This document shows positions 18,358 through 28,143 of a stretch of DNA of 37,635 bases, piece after piece. A program made the translations under genes and the position numbers. The DNA lies in the IMG/VR virus record IMGVR_UViG_3300009435_000019, positions 1 through 37,635 of that record. One strand, given 5' to 3'. The notes beneath the pieces are model-generated. The model had not been told where the DNA came from, did no database searches, and was given only the letters and a program-made list of their open reading frames with translations. Origin of the DNA: a virus (Duplodnaviria; Caudoviricetes). Within the stretch, counting starts at the first letter, position 1, and each line of letters begins with the position of its first letter.

Positions 18358-19097
18358 TACTTCTTATTATCTTTTTCTACTTCTTTTTCTTCTTTCTCTA
18401 CTTCTTTTTCTATTTCTTCGTTTTCGATTTTTCCTTCAACTTCTTTTCCAAAATTTTCTTTATAAAATCTTTCAAAATCTTCTTCGGTATCTGCAATCCC
18501 CATAAACCACAAAGTAAATAAAAATACCAATTTGTTACAAATATCAGACCATTCGCCGCCATTTTCACCTTCTTGTTTTTCTTCCATCTGTTCGAACTGC
18601 TCAATCATTCTTTTTTGTGCATGTTCGTTGTCTGAATCAAATAGAGCTGCGTCCCCAATTAAAGAAAAGTTTAAAAAGGCATAATCAATTGACTTATTAC
18701 GGGCCTTCGTCTCAACAGTATCATCATAAATAGCCGAATAATATTCATTGAAATTTCTGATCTCTTCTGACAACTTATTGATCTCTTCGTATAATTTAAT
18801 CCTAGAATCTTTGTTTTTATCACCAACGCTAGTGAGCAATTCCTCCTCTTTTTGTACAAGCTTTTGGCGTAATTTAGTAATTTCATACTCATCACCCTTG
18901 GTCATCGCTCCATCGCAATTATCCATATAATACTTGTCAACGGCTGCTCTTGTTTGAACTCCCATGTTCATGAGCTTTGACTTGATCGCAGCTTGGAAAA
19001 TTTCTAAGTCTTCCATTTCGCTTCTATTTGGTTTTTTAAGACCAAAATCGAAAGTTTTTCCGCCTATTTCCCCCTTGAATGTATATAATTTTTTCAT
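18357..19097 (-). CDS. Hypothetical helical protein (246 aa), possible tail assembly chaperone
   Basis: N-terminal FDFGLKKPNRSEMED resembles chaperone-type starts (inference); coiled coil; acidic EKEV tail. Confidence 0.45.
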   Translation of the reverse strand: MKKLYTFKGEIGGKTFDFGLKKPNRSEMEDLEIFQAAIKSKLMNMGVQTRAAVDKYYMDNCDGAMTKGDEYEITKLRQKLVQKEEELLTSVGDKNKDSRIKLYEEINKLSEEIRNFNEYYSAIYDDTVETKARNKSIDYAFLNFSLIGDAALFDSDNEHAQKRMIEQFEQMEEKQEGENGGEWSDICNKLVFLFTLWFMGIADTEEDFERFYKENFGKEVEGKIENEEIEKEVEKEEKEVEKDNKK

Positions 19098-19106
19098 AAA
19101 TCCCCC

Positions 19107-19325
19107 TTACCTGTTAATTTCAAAATAATTACCAGCTTGATCTTCAAAAAATCTCGCTTGATCATTACCAATATCTAAAATCCTTTGCCTCGCCTCTTCA
19201 TAATCATCACTAGAAATGCACTTTTTATCAAGTAAATCTTCTAGATGATATAAATATTGTTTAAACATGTATTTAATACACCGTTTACCCAAAAAATTAA
19301 AATATAAATAATCTTTTTCTTCCAT
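19107..19325 (-). CDS. Small hypothetical protein (72 aa; start revised to ATG 19325)
   Basis: Track start (19355) lies inside the promoter motif; the next ATG gives MEEKDYLYF. Confidence 0.6.
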   Translation of the reverse strand: MEEKDYLYFNFLGKRCIKYMFKQYLYHLEDLLDKKCISSDDYEEARQRILDIGNDQARFFEDQAGNYFEINR

Positions 19326-19344
19326 GCCTTTTATCCAAACTAAT

Positions 19345-19372
19345 ATTACATCCAAAAAGATAAAGTGAGAAA
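19345..19372 (-). promoter_or_regulatory. Putative late promoter TTTCTC-N16-TGTAAT
   Basis: Starts immediately after the tape-measure TAA; exact 16-nt spacer. Confidence 0.7.
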
Positions 19373-22300
19373 TTACTTGGGTGGCTTAACGTCACCGTTC
19401 ATTAAAGCTTCCAAGTCATCAACCCTCTTATTAAGTTCTTCTTTCATCAAATCGAAGTTCGCGACATCTTGTTCATTTGACTCAATCGATAGTATATATT
19501 TTTGAACAAGATCGACCTTACTTTCAAAACTAAAAGTCTCGCCTAGACCCTCCTTCAACGAATTGGCAAATGCCGCAGCCATCTCTTTGCCCGTTTCAAT
19601 CGACTTATTATCTTCTTCGGTTGGCTCGGCAGTCAATTTTTCCAGAATCGAAGCAAATGTTTCCTTGCTAGAATCTCCTGCCATGTAAGTGTTTAATGCT
19701 ACTATCGCTTCTTTTAATTCTCCAAAGACTAGAGTCCTTTCGGCTTGTCCTTCTCCAATCTTGTTTACCATTTCTTTGAGGAATTCATTATCTTTCTTTG
19801 CGCCTTCTTGCGCCTCAAGCGCTTCAGTAGCTTTATTTAATGCTTCTGTCAAAGGGTTAACGTTTGCCTCTGGCTCAATCTTGGGCTTAAAACCCCCCAT
19901 AAAAATTGGAGATTTATTAGTTTCTCTGGTAAATAGATTTTCAGGTAATGATGGACCTAAAGTAGGATCCAATCGAAAATCATAACCTTTAGCGGCAGAA
20001 GTGTCTATTTTACCTGTCCTACCTTCCACCCTATCCATCGTCTCCTTATCCATCTGAAGCGGTTTCTTAATGGTCTCAAGATCTTCGGCCAAACCTGACC
20101 GAGGCGTCAATGCCTCCATATAATCTGAAGACCTTAAAACTCCTTGGTCATCTTCCGTATATCCATCCTTATTTTCCAGTCTTGCTTTTTGTTCGAACCT
20201 CAATCTGTCGATTTTATTTTTTTTGTCAACTGCGGCTCTCTCTCTTTGTGTTTTTTCTAGTGGAGTTAAAATCGGTTCTATGTCGCCCTCTCTATAAAAT
20301 GGCTTTTCAATTTCAGTAAACCCTTCTCTTACGCTTTTGGGCGTACTAGCTATAACCTCATCAACGCTTTTACCCCTTTGGGTTACTTCATTTCTAAAAG
20401 CTGTAAATCCTTCACCTTGCATTTCTTCAGAATATTTATCTTCCAGAAAATCCAAACTTGAATTAACTCTTCCAGAAACGTCAAATTTAGAAATACCAGA
20501 TCCGACTCTCCCAGACTTTTTAATCTGCCTGTCAAAGTCAGCTAACATCTGAGTTTGTCTACCTTGAGATATTTTAAACTCGCCGTCCTCGTCTTTCAGT
20601 TGCAAAGCAGCAATAAAACCTTTTCTAGTGTCATTAGCTACATCCTTTAATATCTTGTTAACTCCCTTTGTATTCCCGAATTCCGAAGTGGCTTGGACAA
20701 CTCCAGAAATACTTTTATCGCCTGTTCCCAGTATATCTTCGAATTTCATACCCATTTCAGATTCCATTTGGGATCTTGTACTTGCATTCTTTTGCTGCTG
20801 CCTAATGGCACTCGCTTGATTTTGGACAATCTTTATATTCTCCAACCTATCATTCGACGCAACCTTTTCAAGCTCAACAGACTCTGCAGCTTTTAGGTAT
20901 AAATTATCCAGAATCTGAGATGACTTATCTGTACCTTCGAAAATCTTTTTTAGTTCTGTCCTTATACCTCCCAATTCTTCTAAACTAGAAATCCCATCTC
21001 CCATTTTTGCTAGAACCTTGGTCAATTCTTCATTATCTATATCACCAGCTACAGTTGGGTCTTGTATAAACTTTCTTATTTCATCATTTGCTTCATCAAG
21101 AATTTTGTTTTTATTATTTTCTGTTTTTAATGTTTCTTCATTAACCTGCAATTCCTGTATCTTCTTGAAATTATCATCCCTTTCTGGATTTTTTATTCCA
21201 AACCTAGAATTAGCTATTTCTATATTACTTCTTTGTCTTTTTAATTGAGTTGCACCGGCTAATCTACTGTTGAATGAATTTACATTAGTTATACTTCTTT
21301 GCGCATCCAAAACGGATAATTGTGCCTGACCGAATTTAGCATCATTAGCCGATACTCTTACTCTTGCCTTTTGTAACGACCTCGTGGTATTAAGTTTGTC
21401 GAATCTTCCTCCCTCCTCAAAACTCGCCCCTACAATCTCACCGAACCTTGCTATTCCATCTGAAGCTTGCCTAATACCTTCAGGTAAATCCGATATCGAA
21501 ATTCCCAATTGGTTAAAAGCTGTCTGTATTTTACCAGCATTACCAGACAGAAAAGCCTCGTTTAAATCTTTTCCTAATTGAGATATATTACCGCCAGATA
21601 GTTGTAAAGCTGAGTCTAATTTATCGAAATTAATACTAGAAAAAATTATCTTCTCTATTTCTTGGAATGACTCTCCACCTTTCTCAATCGTCTTTCCAGA
21701 TTCCGTTGTTTCACCGGGGAGGATTATTTTAGAGAAAGCATCTTGAACTTTTTGAACATCTCCATTATTTATTCCAATTCTTGCAGCGCCGTTAGATATA
21801 AGGGCACGTGCTACTGCGAAGCCACTAGGACGACCCCCCGACAAATCCGACTCCTTCCCTACAAATTTTGTTCCTGATTTTTCTTCTAGAATTTTTGCTA
21901 GGACTGCTTTTGATTCGGCTATATTTGTTTGCGAATTTAAATTCTTCTGTAATTCTGCAGCCACATTACCCCTGTCTTTTGGTTTTGCAGTGGTTAATTT
22001 TGTAACATCTTCAAAGCTTAAACCCGTCTTTTGTAAATTTTGAAATGCTGAATCTTGTAAATCTAATATCTTCCCCTCATCAATATCTCCAGAAGATATC
22101 AGGTCAGAAATTAAAGACTCAGATTGCAAAAAACCGGTAATAGCATTAGCGGTATTTACGTTTTTTTCTTTAATCTCTCCAAATAGTTTTGCTAACTTTT
22201 CTGATTCCGAAGGACCCTCATCCAAGAAGGCCGAAGCACCTCCAACTGCAGCGCCCCCTAATGAGCCAATTAAAGCCCCCGGAAATCCGAACAGGGCTCC

Positions 22301-25300
22301 AGCAGCAAGTCCTGTCGCAGCTCCTTGAGCGGCCCCTGTAATAGCACTACCAGTTTTTTCACTAGCACCAAGACCTTGAGCTACCCTCCCCAGAAGTGGA
22401 GCGCCAGCACTCAAAGCAAAGCTACCTATAAATCCTTTTTGAGCAATCCCCTGATTTCTTTGGAATCTCCTATTTTTGATATCTTCCTTCAATTGGGCTT
22501 TCGCAAGGGGGGTTAGATTCTTATCCTGCTCAAAACTTTTTTCTAACTTTCCAAAACTTGGCAGACCAATCTTCCCCAGCCCTTTGCGGCTTTGCTTTTG
22601 TATTTCTCTTTGAGCTGCACCAACTTGTTCTTGGGCTACTTGCTTATCTATTTCAAAAAATCTATTACCAACAGAAGCTCTAACTTGTTTCCTAACTTGC
22701 GCTTTTAATGCCTTTCCTTCTGGAGTTTTATTTAACTCATCATCAGTAATGCCTCTTTTATTTTGTTGCCGCGCTATCTCTTTTCTATACTCGTCCGCCT
22801 GAATACTAGCTCTATCTTTTGCTGAAAATCTAGTATTTATCCCTGCTTCTTTTCCACCTTCAAATATTTCTTTCTGACTGCCGAGCCTCGCATCCTCTTT
22901 GAAATCCTTTAGATCCAGAGCTCGTTGTTTTTTTTGTTGCTCTGATTTTCTTCTTGCCGCTCGGATTGTTTGCGCTTTTTCATCTCTTTTTTCCTGTTTT
23001 ATAGCGGCAGCCTGAGCGTCTAATTTGGCTTGTTCAATATCCCGCTTATCGAGATTTTTTTGTAGTCTTGCAAATCCAGCAAAACCTTTCTTACCCTCTC
23101 CAGTAGCCACTTGAATACCGCGTTGATCAACAGCTGCGAAAGTATTTTTTCCTGAACCTGCGGTAAGACTTTCAAAACCTCCTGAAGCTCCTCTATTTAT
23201 TAGGTTTTTCCTAGCAATTGTCTTAGATGGAGCATCGGTAGATATTAAAGAGTCAAATGCTGATCTTCCGCGATTTTGCTTGGCCAATGTACTGAACCTT
23301 TCTCTTCTAGCCGATGGGTCGGAAGTATCAAGGTAAATATCCTTACCCCCTCTTTTAGCGATAGCACCAGCCGTAGCGGGTAAAATTTTGTTCTGACTTC
23401 TACTGGAGGCCCCTGCTGGATTCTTACCAGCATTCTTTCGGAGCCATTCTTTATCCTTATTAGTCAGGGGTAACCCGTTTTCTAGTTTACCTTTTATAGC
23501 GATTTCTCGTGTGCTTCCTGCAGCGAAATTAAATCCTTTCTTATTTAACATCCCGCCTTTCATCATTTCTTTGTTTAAAACAATGTCTCCAGATTTATTA
23601 GGGATAATGAGCTCTTCGCTATTAACAACCGCTGGACCCTTTTTACCTCTGCCATAATTAAATTTTTCAATAACTTGGACTCTTGCTTTAGACGTAGCAC
23701 CTCCTACATTTTTATTAATAGCATTTTGCTCTCTAACAATTGCATCTGGTATTGTTCCTTCCGCCTTAGACCCCACTCCGCGCCCTAGCACTCTTGAAGT
23801 AGCCGTCTGCCTCATAGTATACCCAGAGCTATCAGCCGCTATAACCAAGCCCTTCTTTCTTATGGCATCTGCAGTTCTGACATACTGTAATTCTTGAGCT
23901 GTTTGAATAGCAAGCTGTTTTTGTAAAATCCCAAGAATAACTCTTTCTTTTTCAGCTTGCGAAGTGGCTAAAGTAAACTGCTTTTGCTCCTCAATAGTAC
24001 CTTGTTTTAACAGGCTTAAAGTAGCAGCTTGATTCTGTTCTCTATTTTTTTGACCCTTGTTAACCCCAGTTAATGAAAGTAAAGATGCACCACCCTGAAT
24101 CAATGTGTTAGAAAATAGATTTTTAATAACTGCAGCAGCAGCAACAAGTCCAGGTCCAGTTAAAACTTTTGCGAAGCCTTCTGCAGCATCACGTAAAAAT
24201 CCGAATTCTTTGGCCCCTACAATAGCTTTATTTAAAATACTAATTAATGCATTAGATCCAGAAACTGTATTTCCTTGAAAAGCTTCTAAAATGGAATTGA
24301 TGTTTAAAACAAGATCTTTAATTGCTCCACTAGTCCCTAGCTCTCCAACACTATTTAGAATTTTCCCAATACTAGCACCAATTGTCTTAGATAACCCCCC
24401 AATAGTTTGATTGTATGCTTCATTTGCCTTGTTAGCTTCATTAGTAGCTTGAAGTGATTTTAGGGCTGCAGCATCAGCGACGCTATATGAGTTAGATAAA
24501 TCATCGAATGCAGCAGATAACTTGGAAATTTGAAACTGCCCTGCAGCTGCAACTCCAATTTGAGTCGCTAAACCTTGGTTATTGGCATTTTGGGCTGCTT
24601 TATAAGCAATTGCGACTTGACGCAATTTTTCAAATCCGTTTGAGCTTTCATCTATTTGAACGCCCAATGCTTTTAATTCGGCGACGCGAGTCGGTAAATT
24701 CAGTCTAGTAAAAACGGTCTTAAGACCTTGACCAATAGTTGCGCCACCAAGACCAGTTCTCTGCTTAATCGCAGTGATAACGCCCAATAGCTCATTGAAT
24801 GAAACCCCAGCACCTTGAGCTACAGAAGCAGAACGAGCTAGTGCACTAGCTAAGTCATCCGAAGAAACGGCAAAAGATGTTTCAACAGCACGGAGCTTAT
24901 TGATGACTTGAGTAGATGTTAAAGCTTCCCTTTGGAAACCATTAATAGTTGCTGTAAGTGCGGAAATTGCTTCATCAGTTTTTAAAGTAGTTAATCGAGT
25001 AAGAATTAAGGCATCACTAGTACGTTGTAATGTTTGCTCAACCGATAAACCCTGACGGGCAAATTCTTGAGCAGTTTGCGCTACTTGCTGGAAAGACTGG
25101 CCAGTTTGTTTTGCAACATCAAACAAGCTATTCCCAAACTGTTTAATTGTACTGTTAGATTGACCTAAAATACTGTTAATGGATGTAAGTTGCGATTCAA
25201 CTTCTATAATTGTAGTTACTAGTTTTACGAAAGACCTTCTAACTCCCTCAATAACTGCAACAGACGCCCCGAACGCAATAACACGGGCATTAGAAGCTTC

Positions 25301-25474
25301 TAGCGATTTGGTAAACTCGTCAGCCTTGCCAGTAATACGACCCAAGGCCTGCTCTCCCTTTCGGGTGCTTAAATTGACCCCTTTACGTTCGAGTCTGCGG
25401 ACAGCCGTATCGACTTTCCGATTTAAATTTCGCGTATCCGCTCCTACTATAATTTCTAAATCACTTTGAGCCAT
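19373..25474 (-). CDS. Tail tape measure protein (2033 aa)
   Basis: TP901-type N-terminal region (LFDVAKQTGQSFQQVAQTAQEFARQG..GATIGQGLKTVFTRL); Ala/Gly-rich hydrophobic stretch; long helical body; follows the tail tube gene. Confidence 0.92.
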   Translation of the reverse strand: MAQSDLEIIVGADTRNLNRKVDTAVRRLERKGVNLSTRKGEQALGRITGKADEFTKSLEASNARVIAFGASVAVIEGVRRSFVKLVTTIIEVESQLTSINSILGQSNSTIKQFGNSLFDVAKQTGQSFQQVAQTAQEFARQGLSVEQTLQRTSDALILTRLTTLKTDEAISALTATINGFQREALTSTQVINKLRAVETSFAVSSDDLASALARSASVAQGAGVSFNELLGVITAIKQRTGLGGATIGQGLKTVFTRLNLPTRVAELKALGVQIDESSNGFEKLRQVAIAYKAAQNANNQGLATQIGVAAAGQFQISKLSAAFDDLSNSYSVADAAALKSLQATNEANKANEAYNQTIGGLSKTIGASIGKILNSVGELGTSGAIKDLVLNINSILEAFQGNTVSGSNALISILNKAIVGAKEFGFLRDAAEGFAKVLTGPGLVAAAAVIKNLFSNTLIQGGASLLSLTGVNKGQKNREQNQAATLSLLKQGTIEEQKQFTLATSQAEKERVILGILQKQLAIQTAQELQYVRTADAIRKKGLVIAADSSGYTMRQTATSRVLGRGVGSKAEGTIPDAIVREQNAINKNVGGATSKARVQVIEKFNYGRGKKGPAVVNSEELIIPNKSGDIVLNKEMMKGGMLNKKGFNFAAGSTREIAIKGKLENGLPLTNKDKEWLRKNAGKNPAGASSRSQNKILPATAGAIAKRGGKDIYLDTSDPSARRERFSTLAKQNRGRSAFDSLISTDAPSKTIARKNLINRGASGGFESLTAGSGKNTFAAVDQRGIQVATGEGKKGFAGFARLQKNLDKRDIEQAKLDAQAAAIKQEKRDEKAQTIRAARRKSEQQKKQRALDLKDFKEDARLGSQKEIFEGGKEAGINTRFSAKDRASIQADEYRKEIARQQNKRGITDDELNKTPEGKALKAQVRKQVRASVGNRFFEIDKQVAQEQVGAAQREIQKQSRKGLGKIGLPSFGKLEKSFEQDKNLTPLAKAQLKEDIKNRRFQRNQGIAQKGFIGSFALSAGAPLLGRVAQGLGASEKTGSAITGAAQGAATGLAAGALFGFPGALIGSLGGAAVGGASAFLDEGPSESEKLAKLFGEIKEKNVNTANAITGFLQSESLISDLISSGDIDEGKILDLQDSAFQNLQKTGLSFEDVTKLTTAKPKDRGNVAAELQKNLNSQTNIAESKAVLAKILEEKSGTKFVGKESDLSGGRPSGFAVARALISNGAARIGINNGDVQKVQDAFSKIILPGETTESGKTIEKGGESFQEIEKIIFSSINFDKLDSALQLSGGNISQLGKDLNEAFLSGNAGKIQTAFNQLGISISDLPEGIRQASDGIARFGEIVGASFEEGGRFDKLNTTRSLQKARVRVSANDAKFGQAQLSVLDAQRSITNVNSFNSRLAGATQLKRQRSNIEIANSRFGIKNPERDDNFKKIQELQVNEETLKTENNKNKILDEANDEIRKFIQDPTVAGDIDNEELTKVLAKMGDGISSLEELGGIRTELKKIFEGTDKSSQILDNLYLKAAESVELEKVASNDRLENIKIVQNQASAIRQQQKNASTRSQMESEMGMKFEDILGTGDKSISGVVQATSEFGNTKGVNKILKDVANDTRKGFIAALQLKDEDGEFKISQGRQTQMLADFDRQIKKSGRVGSGISKFDVSGRVNSSLDFLEDKYSEEMQGEGFTAFRNEVTQRGKSVDEVIASTPKSVREGFTEIEKPFYREGDIEPILTPLEKTQRERAAVDKKNKIDRLRFEQKARLENKDGYTEDDQGVLRSSDYMEALTPRSGLAEDLETIKKPLQMDKETMDRVEGRTGKIDTSAAKGYDFRLDPTLGPSLPENLFTRETNKSPIFMGGFKPKIEPEANVNPLTEALNKATEALEAQEGAKKDNEFLKEMVNKIGEGQAERTLVFGELKEAIVALNTYMAGDSSKETFASILEKLTAEPTEEDNKSIETGKEMAAAFANSLKEGLGETFSFESKVDLVQKYILSIESNEQDVANFDLMKEELNKRVDDLEALMNGDVKPPK

Positions 25475-25486
25475 AACCTAAATATT

Positions 25487-25514
25487 ATTACATCAAATAT
25501 TAAACAAAGTGAAA
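25487..25514 (-). promoter_or_regulatory. Putative late promoter TTTCAC-N16-TGTAAT for tape measure gene
   Basis: TTTCAC 25514-25509, TGTAAT 25492-25487; 12 nt from ATG. Confidence 0.7.
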
Positions 25515-25542
25515 AAAAATCCCACTGTTTCCAGTGGGATTT
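25512..25542 (-). terminator. Intrinsic terminator after the major tail gene
   Basis: 11-bp perfect stem AAATCCCACTG-gaaa-CAGTGGGATTT running into a T8 tract on the minus strand. Confidence 0.85.
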
Positions 25543-25564
25543 AATAATATATTTGAATAGAATT

Positions 25565-26632
25565 CTAAACGGCAGTACCATCGAGGAAAATTCCTCTGGT
25601 TGTATCATTAGAAGCTCCAATCGGAACTGAAAACGATACGGAACCGTTTCTGTCAGAGCCGATATCTACAGAGGTATTCTGACTTTCGAAGAACGCGCCT
25701 CTAACATCAATCTTGAATGACTCTGTGTTTGTCCCAGCCGTGCACGGGCTTGCAGTAATAGCAAAGTTGTAAGAGTTAATATTACAATTATTGAAAATAT
25801 CTGCGAGACTACCCTCAACCAACTCAGATACTGCGAAATCCATAGATACGGTTGCAGTGATAGGTGTTTGAAGTGGACGAGCAAACACGAAGTCACTACC
25901 GAGTCTTTCCAGTGCTTCACGAGGGAAATCAACAGAAACTGAGAATGACTGGATATTTGCTTGGCTAAGATCTACACCTAGCAAATCACTTGGTAAACCA
26001 GTAATAGCAATATCACCCTTTTTAATAACTGTTGGCATCGCGCTAGTTCCAGTTGATGCAACGGGGAGCGTATAGGTTTGAGCAATAGCAGACCCATCAA
26101 TTGGGTTAATCGCTGGCACATCAATTGATCCATCAGCAGTTTCAACTGAGTAGTTTGAGCCTTCTACGGAAACACTAGCTTCCATGAAACCACCAACAGA
26201 TGCGGAAACCGAGTAAGATGAAATAAATCCGTTTCCGATACCTATAACAAAATCGTCTGAAGTAGTTGTGTAACCAACTGCATCTGTTCCTTGCTTTGTA
26301 TATAGTGCAAAATAGTTCTTGTCATCTTGAGTTCCGTCCAAAAGACCGCCAGCGATAGAGGTACTACCATCAATTGGTAGTCCCAATGCGTCCTCGTTAT
26401 GTCCGTCAGTTACATAGTATGTAAACTCCATTGTAGGAGTAGGAGAGGTGTTTAAAACTCTGTCCAAAGCAGCTGTGCTGCCGAATTGATTAACATCCTC
26501 CAAAGGGATGTCGAAAGTATCACTAACAGATTGGATACGGTGAAGTTGTGCTATCGAAGTATGTACTCCAGTCGCTGGTGACGGGCCTACGAAAAGTCCA
26601 GCCGATCCATATTTTACTTGTGTTCTAGCCAT
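25565..26632 (-). CDS. Major tail (tube) protein (355 aa), two-domain
   Basis: Beta-rich S/T/G/D composition, position just upstream of tape measure gene, own promoter and terminator, internal duplication. Confidence 0.8.
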   Translation of the reverse strand: MARTQVKYGSAGLFVGPSPATGVHTSIAQLHRIQSVSDTFDIPLEDVNQFGSTAALDRVLNTSPTPTMEFTYYVTDGHNEDALGLPIDGSTSIAGGLLDGTQDDKNYFALYTKQGTDAVGYTTTSDDFVIGIGNGFISSYSVSASVGGFMEASVSVEGSNYSVETADGSIDVPAINPIDGSAIAQTYTLPVASTGTSAMPTVIKKGDIAITGLPSDLLGVDLSQANIQSFSVSVDFPREALERLGSDFVFARPLQTPITATVSMDFAVSELVEGSLADIFNNCNINSYNFAITASPCTAGTNTESFKIDVRGAFFESQNTSVDIGSDRNGSVSFSVPIGASNDTTRGIFLDGTAV

Positions 26633-26663
26633 AATTTAAAAATAGTTGAGGGTTGTATTTAAT

Positions 26664-26691
26664 ATTACAAATTTTTTGGTTTAATGAGAAA
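26664..26691 (-). promoter_or_regulatory. Putative late promoter TTTCTC-N16-TGTAAT for tail tube gene
   Basis: Directly follows the TAA of the upstream gene; exact 16-nt spacer; 31 nt from ATG. Confidence 0.7.
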
Positions 26692-27525
26692 TTAAATTCT
26701 TGGAAATTTATAATATAACAATCTAAATTCTGCATAACCTAAATAAAAATTATCTCTACCCTTAGATGACATTTTGGTGGTATTGGTTATAACTCTATCT
26801 ACAGTCGCTTTCTGTATCGAATCTGGATACGCCGAATATAAGCCAGTATAATTAAATTCCCCATTTTTCAAATCTCCATAAATATTGAAAGGTATATCTT
26901 GAAAATCTATAACTGGGAAGCAAGTTTGATTTAGGTCTTCAAAAATACTCAGTGCTCCATCCATTAAATAGGCATCATCTGAAATTACAATGGCTTGATA
27001 GTTTGACTCACTCTCGTCCATTCCTCCGAAAGCGAAGGGAGTATTCTTGCCATCTTTATGGCTCAAAATAATACAGGGAGCATTAATCTTTAGATCATTC
27101 GACCCGTCAATGAAGTCTATAGGGTCTTGCGCATTAAAAGATTTCTCCACAAATAGCTCCACATCCTTTTCATTCCTAAAATAAAAGTTTAAATCTTTCT
27201 TGGCGTAAACCCCTGATATTTGGGTAATCCCGCTATGATACGCCCCCCCATTCATAAAGTTTAAATTAAGTCCGCTAACACCTCTATCAACAAAATTACC
27301 CGCCCCATCAAAAACTCCGTTAGGAATAACAGCTCCCGAAATGGAGGAATCATAAACCCATTGGGCGGCAGGACTAGATGAAAAATCTAATCCATTAAAT
27401 AATATTTGATCAGAAGGATAAAGTTCTCCAGTTATATTTGTGTAAGCTTGTCCCTTGCTAATAATCTTATGTTCTAAGAAGAAAGCTAGGCTTGAGCCTA
27501 ATTTATGTTTAAATTGTGGATTCAT
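26692..27525 (-). CDS. Probable tail terminator/completion protein (277 aa)
   Basis: Synteny (just before tail tube); APCIIL..PFAFGG..YQAIVISDD pattern fits completion proteins (inference). Confidence 0.5.
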   Translation of the reverse strand: MNPQFKHKLGSSLAFFLEHKIISKGQAYTNITGELYPSDQILFNGLDFSSSPAAQWVYDSSISGAVIPNGVFDGAGNFVDRGVSGLNLNFMNGGAYHSGITQISGVYAKKDLNFYFRNEKDVELFVEKSFNAQDPIDFIDGSNDLKINAPCIILSHKDGKNTPFAFGGMDESESNYQAIVISDDAYLMDGALSIFEDLNQTCFPVIDFQDIPFNIYGDLKNGEFNYTGLYSAYPDSIQKATVDRVITNTTKMSSKGRDNFYLGYAEFRLLYYKFPRI

Positions 27526-27528
27526 AAT

Positions 27529-28104
27529 TTATTTTTTTGCTAAATTTTCTGAGAAATACTTTCTAATTCTTTCGATATAACCATCATCCTGTATTGGTGT
27601 GATTGGATCTTTAACATTTCCCTTGAGCTGATAACCGAATTCTGAGCGACCTTCGCCCGGTTTATAAGCGAATTTTTCTACTCCACTCAAGCCTCTTTCA
27701 ACCCCCTCGACCCAAGTTTTTGATATCCAAGGAAGATTTAAAATATATTCTGAATAGATATCCTTAGAACTGGGAAATTTTACTTTAAATTTATATGTTG
27801 CTCCTCGCGAAGATTTTCCCGTTCTGGTTCTGACAGTGCTCTTAGAAGTCATACCAATCCGGTTGCTCATAGCCCGTTTTAAGTTTTCTACTGGCAGTTC
27901 CCCTTCTTCGAATCCAAAATAACCAATAGTTTTTGGGTCTCCTTCTATCTTCTGGGATACGGGATCAGAATCGATATCATCATCTAACATTGATTTCGCG
28001 ATGCTCAACTTGTTTTTAGCTTTACGCATCATAAAGTTTTTAGCTTTCTGACCCGTCAAACTTTTTTGGACTTTAGCATCTATTCTTCTCTGAAAAATCG
28101 GCAT
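27529..28104 (-). CDS. Basic neck/tail completion protein (191 aa), gp10-like position
   Basis: Basic protein between head closure and terminator candidates; WVEGVERG motif; synteny only. Confidence 0.45.
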   Translation of the reverse strand: MPIFQRRIDAKVQKSLTGQKAKNFMMRKAKNKLSIAKSMLDDDIDSDPVSQKIEGDPKTIGYFGFEEGELPVENLKRAMSNRIGMTSKSTVRTRTGKSSRGATYKFKVKFPSSKDIYSEYILNLPWISKTWVEGVERGLSGVEKFAYKPGEGRSEFGYQLKGNVKDPITPIQDDGYIERIRKYFSENLAKK

Positions 28105-28111
28105 AGGTATT

Positions 28112-28139
28112 ATTACACAAAAATACCCCTCTGGAGAAC
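28112..28139 (-). promoter_or_regulatory. Putative late promoter GTTCTC-N16-TGTAAT
   Basis: 16-nt spacer; 7 nt from ATG at 28104. Confidence 0.65.
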
Positions 28140-28143
28140 TTCA

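Noticed and set aside
18340-18420. Programmed -1 frameshift joining the two chaperone-like genes
   Set aside because: No XXXYYYZ heptamer at the junction, and the downstream frame has TAA TAA three and four codons before its ATG; simple TAATG coupling explains it.
19689-25469. Many short plus-strand ORFs opposite the tape measure gene, and similar ones opposite capsid, protease and portal
   Set aside because: S/F/L-rich antisense translations with no promoter motif; expected from codon bias.
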